Source: Squalus acanthias (Eukaryota). Taken from it: a stretch of 64,000 bases of DNA. Location of the stretch: the NCBI GenBank assembly GCA_030390025.1, contig CM059431.1, positions 147,872,001 through 147,936,000 on the forward strand, in the 5' to 3' direction. Below the pieces are notes generated by a model. It was given only the letters and a program-made list of their open reading frames with translations, was not told where the DNA came from and searched no databases. Below, piece after piece: positions 49,240-61,814 of this stretch (positions are counted from its first letter, which is position 1; every line of letters starts with the position of its first letter). Position numbers and translations under genes: made by a program.

Positions 49240-49850
49240 TTGGAACAGAGCAAGAGAGGATCAGGAGTAGGCTGTCCAGCCCCTACAGCCTTTTACATAG
49301 GACCAGGAGGAGGCCATTCAGCTCTTTGAGCCCCTTACATAGGAATAGGAGTAGGCCATTCAGCCCCTGGAATCCGTTACATAGGAATAGAAACAGGTCA
49401 GGGAGCCACTTGACCCTGTAACCTAGGAACAGGAGGACGCCATTCTGCCCCTGGAACATGTTACATAGGAACCGAAGGAGGCCAGCTATGCACTCGATAC
49501 TGTTACATGGTAACAGGAAGAAGCGAGTTAGTCTCTCGAGCCTATTACATAGGAACAGGAGTAAGCCATTTGCCTCATCGAGCCTATTGCACAGGAACAG
49601 GAATAGACCATTTAGCTCTTAGAGCCTTTTACATACATAAAGAAGTAGGCCATTTAGACCCTCAAGACTGTTAAACAGGAACAGGAAAATAACATACGAC
49701 TCTCAGAACCTATTACGTAGGAGCAGGAGTAGACCATTCATCCTCTCAACCCTGTTGCATAGGAACAGGAGTAGACCATTCAGCCGCTGAAGCCTGTTTC
49801 ATAGGAACAGGAGGAGGCCATTCCGCCCCTCGAACTTGTTCCACCATTCA
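49240..49850. repeat. About 40-bp tandem repeat derived from a reverse CR1 3' end
   Basis: ATAGGAACAGGAGTAGGCCATTCAGCCCCTCGAGCCTGTTAC variants. The last unit runs into normal CR1 3'UTR sequence (TTCCACCATTCAGTGA...GGCTGATC). Confidence 0.85.
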
Positions 49851-50690
49851 GTGAAGTCACGGCTGATCTGTATCATAATTCTATTTAGACATTGTATCAA
49901 GTGAGATTTAAAAAAAGTTGTTAATGTGCAATTTAAAAGTGGTGCCAATCGTTTGACATTAATAGTTATTGGCACTAATATTCCTATAAATGGGTCAGTC
50001 ATGTTTTGTTCATTGCTATTTTCATTCACATTGGCTTATTTTTTTATAGCTGAGGATAAAGATGGAATCAGGCAAACACTGGACAGTTACTGTGACACGG
50101 AGTTAAACATTATCACCCAGTTCTACCGTCAGAGATTAGAGGAGGCGATTTTGGAATTGGTGGAGAATATCGCCCTGGCACTTATGGCCGCAGATTCGAT
50201 GAGTGTCGAGGAATATGGGGTAGGTTGGATTACACGAGTCCTGTGTTAAAACCAATTTTGTGTTAAGGCTTAATCGAATAGAAAGCTCATTTTAAGTCAA
50301 GGGTAAAGTATCAAATAGTTCTTATGAAAGAGATTACAATGGAAAGGAAATTCGAGCCTGGACGAAATTGGACGCTACCTGCAAGGAGGGCAATTTTCAC
50401 TTTGGGAAATGCTGTAAATTGGGTGCTAGCCAATTGGTCACCCATTATACGCCATGCCCGATTTATTTCATTTAGGCGCACAACTCTTCCACTCCCGAAT
50501 CGCCTCCAACATGCCCAGCATTTACCAACCAAGACAGCTGGTTGGCAGTCAACTGCTGGACACTTCCCCATGTGTCTAACTGGTGCCAGGAAATGCTCGG
50601 ATTAACTCATACATAGATACATAGAACAGTACAGCACAGTACAGGCCCTTCGGCCCTCGATGTTGTGCCGAGCATTGTCCGAGACCAAGA

Positions 50691-53600
50691 TCAAGCTATC
50701 ACACTCCCTATCACTCTGGTGTGCTCCATGTGCTTATCCAATAACCGCTTGAAAGTTCCTAAAGTGTCCGACTCCACTATCACAGCAGGCAGTCCATTCC
50801 ACACCCCAACCACTCTCTGAGTAAAGAATCTACCTCGGACATCCCTTCTATATCTCCCCCCATGCACCTTATAGTTATGCCCCCTTGTAACAGCTGCCTC
50901 TACCCGAGGAAATAGTCTCTGAACATCCACTCTATCTATCCCCCTCATCATCTTATAAACCTCTATTAAGTCGCCTCTCATCCTCCTCCGCTCTAAAGAG
51001 AAAAGCCCCAACTCCCTCAATCTTTCCTCATAAGACCTCCCCCCCAAACCAGGCAGCATCCTGGTAAATCTCCTTTGCACTCTTTCCAATGCTTCCACGT
51101 CCTTCCTATAGTGAGGTGACCAGAACTGCACACAATGGCCCAGAAATTGATCCCGGTGCGCGAGAGTACGCACTGCGTACTCTCGCGTATTCCACTCCAA
51201 TTGCCGGTTTTCTGCATGCCCTGCGCATGCGCTGAAAACCGGCACTTGGTCTTTTGAAAAGGGGGCGGTTCCTCGGTGCATCGCGTGCACGCTACAGGCT
51301 GCGCGCACGCTGTGCACTTCATGCTTTGGACGCGCAGGTAAGTACTGAAGATTTTAGAAATGTAAAAAGGAGGAGTAAGACCCACTTTTAAGAAGGTAAG
51401 TAGTGAATTAAGTATTTTTTTGAATTTTTTTTAACAGGTATATCTTTTTTAGAGACTTTAAAGACAGGTAAGTTTATTTTTATAACTTTTTAAAAGATTT
51501 TAAATTTTTTCAAAAATTTTATTTTTTATTTAAATGGTTAATTTAATTAACTATACTTATTTTATTAATGTGATGGTTTTTTTTTAAATTTAATTGAGGT
51601 TTAGCTGTTATTTTGGGGGGGTGTAAGATTCATAGATTTCACAGCAGGTCTGTGAAACTTATGAATGGAAGATGGTGTGCTGCCATTGGCTCTAACTGAG
51701 TCACGTGATCCCACAGCTCGCACGAATTCACTACGCCGCTGGGATACGCAAGCACTGCCCAGCTGATGTCTGGAACATCAAGTTCGTGCGAGCTGGATCT
51801 GAAAAAGCACAAGCGAGGTGAGAGATCGCGGGGAAGCCTTACCCCCACGGGAACAGAGCGAGATCAATTTCTGGGCCATTATTCCAAATGTTGTCTCACC
51901 AAGGTCCTGTACAGTTGCAGCATAACCTCACGGTTCTTAAATTCAAACCCTCTGTTAATAAACGCCAACACACCATAGGCCTTCTTTACTGCTCTATCCA
52001 CTTGAGTGGCAACCTTCAGAGATCTGTGGATATGAACCCCCAGATCCCTCTGCTCCTCCACGTTCCTCAGAACACTGCCGTTGACCCTGTAATCCTTATT
52101 CAAATTTGCCCTAGCAAAATGAATCACCTCGCACTTATCAGGGTTAAATTCCATCTGCCATTTTTCGGCCCAGCTCTGCATCCTATCAATGTCTCTTTGC
52201 AGCCTACAACTGCCCTCCACCTCATCCACTACTCCACCAATCTTGGTGTCATCAGCAAATTTACTGATCCACCCTTCAGTCCCCTCCTCCAAGTCATTGA
52301 TAAAAATCACTAACAGCAGAGGACCCAGCACCGACCCCTGTGGCACACCGCTGGTAACTGGTCTCCAGTCCGAAAATGTTCCATCCACCACCACCCTCTG
52401 CCTTCTATGAGATAGCCAGTTACTTATCCAATCGGCCAAATTTCCCTCTATCCCACAACTCCTTACTTTCTTCATGAGACGACCATGGGGAACCTTATCA
52501 AACGCCTTACTGAAATCCATGTATACGACATCAACTGCTCTACCTTCATCTACACACTTAGTTACCTCCTCAAAGAATTCAATCAAATTTGTTAGGCAAG
52601 ACTTACCCTTCACGAATCCGTGTTGACTATCCCTGATTAAGTTGCCCCTTTCCAAATGGTCATAAATCCTCTCCCTCAGGACCTTTTCCATTATTTTACC
52701 AACCACCGAAGTAAGACTAACCGGCCTATAATTACCAGGGTCATTCCTATTTCCTTTCTTGAAGAGAGGAACAACATTCGCCACTCTCCAGTCCTCTGGC
52801 ACCATCCCCGTGGACAGTGAGGACCCAAAGATCAAAGCCAGAGGCTCTGCAATCTCCTCCCTTGCCTCCCAAAGAATCCTAGGATATATCCCATCTGGCC
52901 CAGGGGACTTATCGACCCTCAGGTTCTTCAAAATTGCTAAAACATCTTCCCTCAGAACATCTACCACCTCCAGCCTATCCACCTTTATCACACTCTCATC
53001 CTCAAGAACATGGCCCCTCTCCTCGGTGAACACTGACGAAAAGTATTCATTCATCACCTCTCCTATCTCTTCTGACTCCATGCACAAGTTCCCACTACTG
53101 TCCTTGACCGGCCCTACCCTCACCCTGGTCATTCTTTTATTTCTCACATAAGAGTAAAAAGCCTTGGGGTTTTTCTTGATCCGACCCGCCAAGGACTTCT
53201 CATGCCCCCTCCTAGCTCTCCTAAGCTCTTTTTTTAGCTCATTCCTTGCTACCTTGTACCCCTCAATCGACCCAACTGAACCTTGTTTTCTCATCCTTAC
53301 ATACGCTTCATTTTTCCTCTTGACTAGACATTCAACTTCTTTTGTGAACCATGGTTCTCTCACTCGGCCATTTCCTCCCTGCCTGACAGGGACATACCTA
53401 TCAAGGACACGCAGTAATTGCTCCATGAAAAAGCTCCACTTTTCGTTTGTGCCTTTCCCTGATAGTTTATGTTCCCATCTTATACTCCCTAATTCTTGCC
53501 TAATCGCATCATAATTACCCCTCCCCCAATTATAAACCCTGCCCTGCCGTATGGCCCTATCCCTCTCCATTGCAATAGTGAAAGTTACCGAATTGTGGTC

Positions 53601-54452
53601 ACTATCTCCAAAGTGCTCTCCCACATACAAATCAAACACTTGGCCCGGTTCATTACCCAGTACCAAATCCAACGTGGCCCCACCTCTTGTCGGCCTATCC
53701 ACATATTGTGTCAGGAAACCCTCCTGCACACACTGTGCAAAAACTATCCCATCCGAACTGTTTGACCTATAAAGGTTCCAATCAATATTTGGAAAGTTGA
53801 AGTCACCCATGACAACTACTCTGTGACCTCCACACCTATTCATAATCTGCTTTGCAATTTCTTCCTCCACATCTTTATTACTATTTGGGGGCCTGTAGAA
53901 AACTCCTAACAACGTGCCCGCTCCTTTCCTATTTCTAACTTCAGCCCATATTACCTCAGACGGCAGATCCCCCTCGAACTGCCTTTCTGCAGCTGTTAAA
54001 CTATCCTTGATTAACAATGCTACTACTCCACCTTTCTTACCAACTTCCCTACTCTTACTGAAACATCTATACCCCGGAACTTCCAACAACCATTCCTGTC
54101 CCTGTTCTAACCATGTCTCCATAATGGCCACCACATCGTAGTCCCAAGTACCAATCCAGGCTCCAAGTTCTCCTACCTTATTCCGGATGCTCCTTGCATT
54201 GAAGTAGACACACTTCAAGCCATCTTCCTGTCTGCCGGTACATTCCTGCGACCTTGATACCCTCCTCAGTACCTCCCTACACTCACCACTGGCTCGTGGA
54301 CTACAGCCCTTTTTCCCATCCCCCTGACAAATTAGTTTAAACTCCCCCGAAGAGCCATAGCAAATTTCCCTCCCAGGATATTGGTGCCCCTCTGGTTCAG
54401 GTGCAAACCGTCCTGTTTGTACAGGTCCCACCTTCCCCAGAATGTGCTCCAA
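50691..54452 (-). CDS. CR1 ORF2 (APE endonuclease + RT), open except for the MITE insertion
   Basis: 857-aa open frame with CVYFNARSI, ETW, GDFN, LDLV, SDH, PQGSVLGP, FADD. Joining 51881 to 51136 gives HLEYCVQFWSPHY and an open frame to the stop at 50691. Confidence 0.9.
51137..51877 (+). mobile_element. Non-autonomous Harbinger-type MITE, copy 3 (741 bp)
   Basis: TIR GGCCCAGAAATTGATC / GATCAATTTCTGGGCC. Flanks AAT and ATT (TSD with one mismatch). Confidence 0.92.
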
Positions 54453-55114
54453 TTATCCACATAACTGAAACCCTCCCCCCTACACCATCCCTGCAGCCAC
54501 GTGTTTATCTGCACTCTCTCCCTGTTCCTCAACTCGCTAGCACGTGGCACCGGCAATAAACCAGAAATTACAACATGGTTTGTACTGGCTCTCAGCTTCC
54601 AACCTAGCTCCCTAAACTCCTGTTTTAAATCCCCGTCCCTTCTCCCACCTATGTCGTTGGTACCGATGTGTACCACGACTTGTGATTGTTCCCCTTCCCC
54701 TTTGAGGATTCTGAAAACACGATCCGAGACGTCACGGACCCTGGCACCCAGAGTAATTGGCCTACTAGTCTTTCCTCAGCTCCTCTTGAAATCTTAGCAG
54801 AAGCTGTATTGGAGGTTACATTCAGCTTCAATAGAATAATGTAGGTTGCTGAAAATGAGACATGTGTCATCGAGCTGTGGAGCAAATACCCGCAATAAAA
54901 GATCGAGCAAACTCTGCTGCAAGTGTGTAACGCTACAACTGAATTTCCTCACTGTTTTTGCTTGTCTGTCAATCCAAGCCCTCAAACTTATCTCGACACA
55001 TTATAATAGGTCGGCCTCCAGGCTAAAGAGTCATAAACGCGAAATTCCAGCAATTGTTCTTGTCAACCGACTTGTATAATTAAGCCCTGAATTTTAGTCG
55101 CAGCATTAATTAAT

Positions 55115-55878
55115 GGCACGGATTTTGGAGACAGCGGCTAATGAATGTTGCTTGTCATTCAACTCGCTGACAGCTGACGACAAAGATTTGACGTGCTTTA
55201 GGGTGGAGACTTCCTCGAATCCAGAGTCTGATCCAGCATGGTGCCCTCTACGGGGAATCTGTGGCATCTGTGAAACAGCGAGTCTCTTCAATCGATCAAA
55301 TTGGAGAATCCGCACTGAACCGCGCAGAGTGCAAACCAGTATGTATAAAGCAGGAAAAGTAAATTAGATTTAAATGATTGCCAAAAGCAAAATAAAGACT
55401 GGGAAATACAGAAGGGATTAAGGGAGAGAGATGAAAGTGACAGATGGGCAAAGTATATATATTTTTTAAATCTCCAACACTAATTGTGTTCTGAAGGAAT
55501 GAAACGCTACACTTTTAAAATTACTTTTTTAGGATCAGAGAGGTTGTTCAGCAGTAATTATTATTTATCACGCCGTTAAAAACTCACTTACTCCTGAATG
55601 CACCTGCCCGGATTTTTTAGCTGATTTATGCAGAACTAGCGCGCAAGTACAGCAAGTGATGCAGTTGCAGTCATTCTTTAGACGAGTACTGCAACAGTGC
55701 ATCCTCTGAGGGAGCAGGGTATCTTTGACAGCAACTTCTGGATATCCGCGTTACACTGCGCATGTGTGGACACCAGAATTTGCTGTCACATTTACCCCAG
55801 AAGTTGCTGACAGATTTACCCCGGAGTAACGGTGAACGCTGATAGCATCACCGTTATTATTACAGCAAAATCCGGGTC
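55115..55878. mobile_element. Second-family Harbinger-type MITE (764 bp)
   Basis: GGCACGGATTTTG ... CAAAATCCGGGTC imperfect TIR, flanked by AAT on both sides. GC-rich ends with an AT-rich centre. Confidence 0.65.
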
Positions 55879-56029
55879 AATAATTGTTCTAAATTATCCT
55901 CACTGAGACCTGCACTGTATTTTCTGTTTCTTTGAATGCTAAACTTAACCCCATGAAAACCTAAACATGGAAATCCATTGAAAGGTGTTGCTATTGCAGC
56001 ACAGGGGACGCATCTAACACAGTAGTTGG

Positions 56030-56470
56030 TGTCAGGCGTGGCTCAGTGCATCGCACTTCCGCCTCTGAGTCAGAAGGTCGTGGATTCAAAGACCCAGTTC
56101 AGAGACTCGGGCCCTATAATCGAGGCTGACACTCCACAATGTCAGTGCCGAGGGAGCGCTGCAGCGTCAAAGGTGCCTTCTGTCAGATGCGATATTAACC
56201 TGTCCTGTCAGATGAACGTGAAAGATCTCATGACACTGCTTCCGAAGTTGAGCTGGTGAGTTCTCCTGAGTTTTCTGTGGAGAATATATTTATACCTTAA
56301 CCAACATCACTAAAAATTCTGATTATCTGGTCGTTATCACATGTTTGTATGTAATACAGTTGCAGCACTTCCTGCAACACAACAGTGAGTACATTTCAAA
56401 AGAACCTTATTGGCTGTAAAGCCCATTGCGATGTTCTGCGGTCATGAAGGACGTTTTATAAATTAGAATC
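56030..56470 (+). mobile_element. Deu-domain SINE
   Basis: GTGGCTCAGTG...CGCCTCTGAGTCAGAAGGTCGTGGATTCAA head. GGCTGACACTCC...GAGGGAGCGCTGCA core. Homologous to the SINE at 31074. Confidence 0.7.
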
Positions 56471-57529
56471 TTTATTTTTTCATTCGGTGTTTTGCTTTCT
56501 TCCTTCATTTCCTTCCTTTATTCCTTTCTTTCATTCATTTATTCTTCGCTTGTTTTTCTTTCTGTCCTTCCTTCTTCTTTCTTTCGCTCTTTCCTTAATT
56601 CTTTCTTATTGTAGCTCGTCAGTAAACTGGCAAAGCATCAACGAAGAAAGGAAGCAACTCGATACCTTCTAGATACGGTGATTGAAATGAACGGACCGGC
56701 AGAAAGGACATTGTGGGAAACGTTGGTGAAAATGCAAGGAGCGAGGCCAAAACTGAAACGCGTTTTGAAAGAAATCCAGAAAAAAGGTATTGCACGACCT
56801 ACTATTTGTTCTACCAAACTAATGTAGGTATTTTACAATATTTCCCAGAGTTAAATTCAATACTAATGAGATGAATCCCCTTTCCTAGATTCAAGTCTAC
56901 TTTATAATGCCCGCGGCAGTCAGCTGGAAGAGAAGCTATCAAAAGATCTAAAAGTTAAGTGAATGGCCAGTTTCTGAAATAATCATAGAATGATACAGCA
57001 CAGAGGAATGCCATTACATGCCATCGTGGCTCTGCCGGAATCAGATAAATGGATCATTCCACCTGTATGATGATCTCCAACAGTTACTGTAAGGTGCTAT
57101 TAAACTTAATACACTAATGGGGTGAACACCGATTTGGGCGGGGTTGTAAAATGGGCTGGTATTTTATCTGACGCAAGTTCTATGCCCCGTGCCCGAAATT
57201 CGGCTCTGTTGAAGTAAATTCAATGGCAGATGAGATACCCGCCTGAGTTGTGGTCCTGACCAATTATACTTTCACCCCACTGGCACTGCATATCTCCAGT
57301 TTCTGATGCCCGTGTGGCAGTATGGAGCTGTACCAGTGAGAAAGGCCTCAGCTTTACCTCCGGCGAGTTCCCAGTGTGCCAAAATAAAGTTGCAATTGTT
57401 TTTCCTTTGTTGATATCTGAGATGTTGTCGTTGCTGGCCAGGCCGGAATTTATTGTGCATCCCTAGTACCCTATATACAACTGAACCCCTTGGTAGGCCC
57501 ACTTAAGAGGGACTTTAGGAGACGGACAG

Positions 57530-58835
57530 GTTGGAGTTGGACTGGAGTCAGATATAGGCCCAGATGGGGAAAGACTGGAATCACATATATGTCCTGACTG
57601 GGTAGGGACGGGTGTCACATAAAGTCCCAGACTGGGCAAGGACTGAAGTTATATATATACACAGATTGGGTAAGGACTTGTGTCATATATAGCCCCTGAC
57701 TGGGTAGGAACTGGAGTCAAATCGAGGCCCACACTTGGGAAGGACTTGAGTCACATATAGGCATGGACTGCGTAAATACTGGAGTCACATATAGACCTAG
57801 ACTGGGTAAAGTCAATGGACACATATAGACCTAGACTGAGTAAAGTGTAGGATCACATATACACCTAGAATTTGCAAAGACTAGGGTCATATGCAGGCAC
57901 AGAACGCATAACGACTGAAGTCAGATATGGGGCCTGGCCTGGTAAAGATTCGGGACACAAATACACACAGAATGGATACGAACTCGAGTAGCATAGAGGA
58001 CCAGATTGGGTTAAGACTGAAGTCACATATATGCCCAGATTGGGGAAAATTGCTGTCAGATACATACCCAGATTGGGTAAAAGACGGGAGTCACATATCG
58101 CCCGGACTAGGTAAGAACTGGAGCCTCATCTAGACCCACACTTGTTAAGGATTTTTAGTCGCATAGAGTCCGAGACTTTGTAAGGACTGGAATCATATAT
58201 GGAGTTATGTATAGGCCCAGACTGGCTAATGACTCGAGTCACCAATAGGCCTAGACTGGAAACGAATTGGAGACTCATATAGGCCCAGATTGGGTTACCA
58301 CTGGATCAGATTTCGGTACAGGAAGTTTAAGGACTGCAATAACATATAGGTCACGACTGGGTAAGGACTGAAGTCACATACAGTCCCAGTCTGGGCCAGG
58401 ACTGGAGTCAAATATAGTCCCAGACTGGGAACATATATAAGCCCAGACCTGGTAAGGATTGGAGTCACAAAATTGCCCAGACTGGGTAAGGGCTGGAGTC
58501 ATAAATAGGCCCAGACTGGGTAAGGACTGGAGTCACATACAAGCCCAGATTGGGTAAGGACTGGAGTCATATATAATCCCAGACTGGGTAAGGACTGTAG
58601 TCACATATAGGCCCAGGCTGGGTAAGGACTGGAGTCACACATAGGACAAGACTGGGTAAGGACTGGAAGCAGCTACAGGCCCAAACTGGGTAAAAACTGG
58701 AGTCACATATAGGCCCAGTCTCGGTAAGGACTGGAATCACTTTTAGGCCCAGTCTCGGTAATGGCTGGAGTCACATGTAGTCCCAGATTGGGTAAGGACT
58801 GGAGTCAGATATAGACACAGACTGGTTAAGGACGG
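57530..58835. repeat. 34-bp minisatellite expanded inside a SINE-like element
   Basis: Unit GGGTAAGGACTGGAGTCACATATAGGCCCAGACT (GGG at 58518 and 58552). Continues into GGACGGCAGG...CCCTAAAAGGACAGTACTGAACCAGTTGGGTTTTT. Confidence 0.9.
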
Positions 58836-59257
58836 CAGGCGTCCTGCCCTAAAAGGACAGTACTGAACCAGTTGGGTTTTTAGGACAATCTGACAGATTC
58901 ATGATCACTTTTTAATAGATGCGGGCTTTTCCTTTATGCTGGTTATCCTATGAATCTCTACAGATACTGTGTATATCTACTAGAAGCTGCTCAATTGGAC
59001 AAGGCAGCGATAAGATTAATCGAATTCTGGGTTTTAGGTTCCGTCGGAACATAGGAATTGCTTGAGGAGAGTTGCATAAAAGAAGTTTCCTCTTGCAAGC
59101 AGACAAAGGGAGAGAATATGAAACTAAACAAATGTAGAAATTTCTCTTTGGTCATTAGGGCAGAAAGTCAGAGAGGTTCGGCAAGGTGCTCCTTTGTCTC
59201 TTAGCCACCATCATTAAGCGTTGTTACCCTGACATGGCTAACAGTCATTTCTTCTAT

Positions 59258-59790
59258 AGGGGTGTAAATTCATCTTGGGCGGTAGTGCAAAGTGGGCGAG
59301 ATGGAATCAGCAGTTCGTTCAGTGCTCCACCAAGATATCATTTCCATTGTGTGTAGTTTTAACTTTTGGCGATGAGGTAAATTGGGAGATATCGAATCAG
59401 CTGCCAATTATACACCCTCCTTGATTTCCCTTTCCACTGAAGTTAATGGTCGGTAAAATTGGACTGGTTGCATAACGAGCAACAATTCGACGTTGTTCTT
59501 TTTACAAGATCTCTCGTAATTAAATGTAAACCCTAATGGAAAAGAAAGTAGTTGTAGGGTGTAATTTTTTCTTGGCGGCACCGCAAAATGGGCCGCATCG
59601 CATCTGACACCCATTAGAGATCCGGCCCAATATTCCCGTTAATGGTATTGACGATCAGACAGGGCGTATAACGGGCGGCAGATCTGATACCGCCCGTTAC
59701 TGCACATGATAAATTTCTACCCCGTGGAGTGTAAAATTGGCGTACGATCCGCCCGTTTTGCGTCACCACCCAAAACGTCTGTCCAAATGT
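59258..59790. mobile_element. Cluster of short decayed MITEs with GGGGT(A/G)(G/T)AAATT-type ends
   Basis: GGGGTGTAAATT... at about 59258. GGGTGTAATTT...AAATTTCTACCCC at about 59557-59723. A related remnant lies at about 57118-57278. Confidence 0.5.
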
Positions 59791-61814
59791 TTCCTGCCCA
59801 TTTTGGTGTCTAACAATATTACAATAAGAGCGACACTAATAACTTTCTTAATATTTCAACGAAAGGTTTCCAAAAGCAGCAGAAGGAACATCTCCTCGCC
59901 CAAAACGGGAACGTGAGCAATGGCACGATCCGAGGAAGGGACAAAACAAAGACCTTCTCAATCGCTGATCGATACACTGAACTGATAATCATTTCCTCTC
60001 TCCGCGAGCGGAGACTGGTGGAACACGAGCTGCTGTCCAGAGGCAGGGACCACGAGGAGTGGCAGCGGAAGCATGGCAGCAGCGACCTTGAGAAAATCCG
60101 CATCGATCAATTATTCAGGAGCAGTTTCGGCCACTCCAGCCTGTCTGGGACCTCGGTGGTCAGCGGGGTGGCCGGGATCGGCAAGACCACCATGGTGGAG
60201 AAGATGGTTCATGAATGGCCCACGGGGAACATCTATCCCCAGTTTCAATTTGTCTTTCATTTCAAATTCAGGAACCTTAACGCCATAAATGGGACCACTT
60301 CTCTGAAAGAAATAGTGCTGGATTCCTAACCTTATTGGAAAAGATACTTGGAGATATATGGATGAGGCCGGAATATCTGCTCTTGGTGTTCGATGGGTTG
60401 GATGCGTTCCAACAGACGATAGATTTCACAGATCGTGGGGCAAATAAAGACTCTGGGAACAGTTGTACCGGACCCGAATGCAGAAGTGAAGTTTCCGAAA
60501 TTGTCCGCAGTCTGGTCCAGCAACAGATGCTAAAAGGTTGTTCCGTGCTAGTCACAAGTCGGCCAACCGCTCTTGACTCATTGGAGCAGGCCAATATCAA
60601 CCTCTGGGCCGAGATCCTTGGCTTCCTGGCCGCCGAAAGGAAGGATTATTTCAAAAGGTTCTTCAGGAACGAGAAGCTCGCCACCCATGTCTTCAAGCAA
60701 GTGGAGGAGAATGAAATCCTGCACACCATGTGCTACAACCCTTCCTACTGCTGGATCATGTGCTCGACCTTGGGCCCGCTCTTCACTCAACCGGAGGGGA
60801 GAAGACCTCTCCCTAAAACCATCACCGAACTCTTTTCCAACTACATTTACAACCTCTTGAAAAACCACGGGCGTGATGTTGAGGACCAGCGAGCGGTGTT
60901 ACTCCGGATCGGGGAGTTGGCCTACCAGGGAGTTTCCAAAAGGGTCATTGTCTTCAATGAAGACCACTTATGTCAACATCAGCTGGAGCCCTCCAAGTTC
61001 ATTTCCGGGTTCATGATGGAGATCCTGGAGCGAGATGACGCAGCGAAAAATGTTGTGTACACGTTCCTCCACCTTACCATCCAAGAGTACTTGGCAGCCC
61101 TCGCTCAGTACTTGACTCAAAGGCGCCAGAACGTATTGGAGCTCCTTCAATGGGCTTTTAAGAAGGTCGACGGTCGCTTTGAGATATTTATGCGATTCTT
61201 GGTGGGTCTCTCATCGTCCACTTCAGCCCGGCAGCTGGAAGAAATCCTGGGCCCGCTGTCTCACCAAACCACCTGCCAGGTGATAGATTTTCTGAAGATC
61301 AACGTTCAGGCAGAGATCAAGAACATGGACACAAACACGGGTAAGAGGAAGCTCCTGAACATGTTCCACTACCTGTGCGAGTCTCAGAACTTCGCTTTGG
61401 CCCAGAAGGTCGTCGGATCGGTGAAGAGGCTGAACTTTGGGGACTCCAACCCGCGGATCGCGCTGCAATTGAGCCCGCTGGATTGTGCCGTGCTTTCCCA
61501 CGTGGTGCAACTGTGCGCAACAGTGGAGGAGCTGAATTTGGAGAAGTGGTACATCCAGGAGGAAGGGATCAAGAGACTGGCCCCCGCGATGCACAAATGC
61601 AAAGTTCTGAGGTATTTATTAATGGGGGTGAAATTGAACATGGCTAGTGACGACAAGCAGGCGGTATCCCATTGGTCGCCTTTTATAGGCTCTACCTGAT
61701 ATTCAATTCCCTTGACTTCAATACCTGCCACTATTCTGTCTACGCGCATTTCTTTTCGGGCCACGGGTGCCTTCTCCGTCTTGCCAGATTTCCCCTGCTC
61801 ACTTCAACCTCAAT

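Larger units (their letters stand above)
50610..54750 (-). mobile_element. Young CR1 LINE (ORF1 esterase part + ORF2), interrupted by a MITE
   Basis: ORF1 VHIGTND...DGLHLN (SGNH). Long ORF2. Tail CTATGTATCTATGTATG at about 50610. Confidence 0.95.
49067..61611 (+). pseudogene. NACHT/NLR (NLRP3/NLRC3-like) gene, exons 49067-49151, 50050-50219, 56615-56786, 56889-56954, 59866-61611; probable pseudogene; LRR exons expected beyond the window
   Basis: Phase-consistent exons (1,0,1,1,2). Helical N-terminal domain ITQFYRQRLEEAI...LWETLVKM...PKLKRVLKEIQ. FISNA-like DRYTELIII...VEHELLSRGRDHEEW. Walker A GVAGIGKTT, Walker B LLLVFDGLD, VLVTSRP, MCYNPSYCWI, FLHLTIQEYLAAL, first LRR. Lesions: TAA plus frameshift at 60327-60335, and exon-4 donor TTAAGT. 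Confidence 0.88.
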
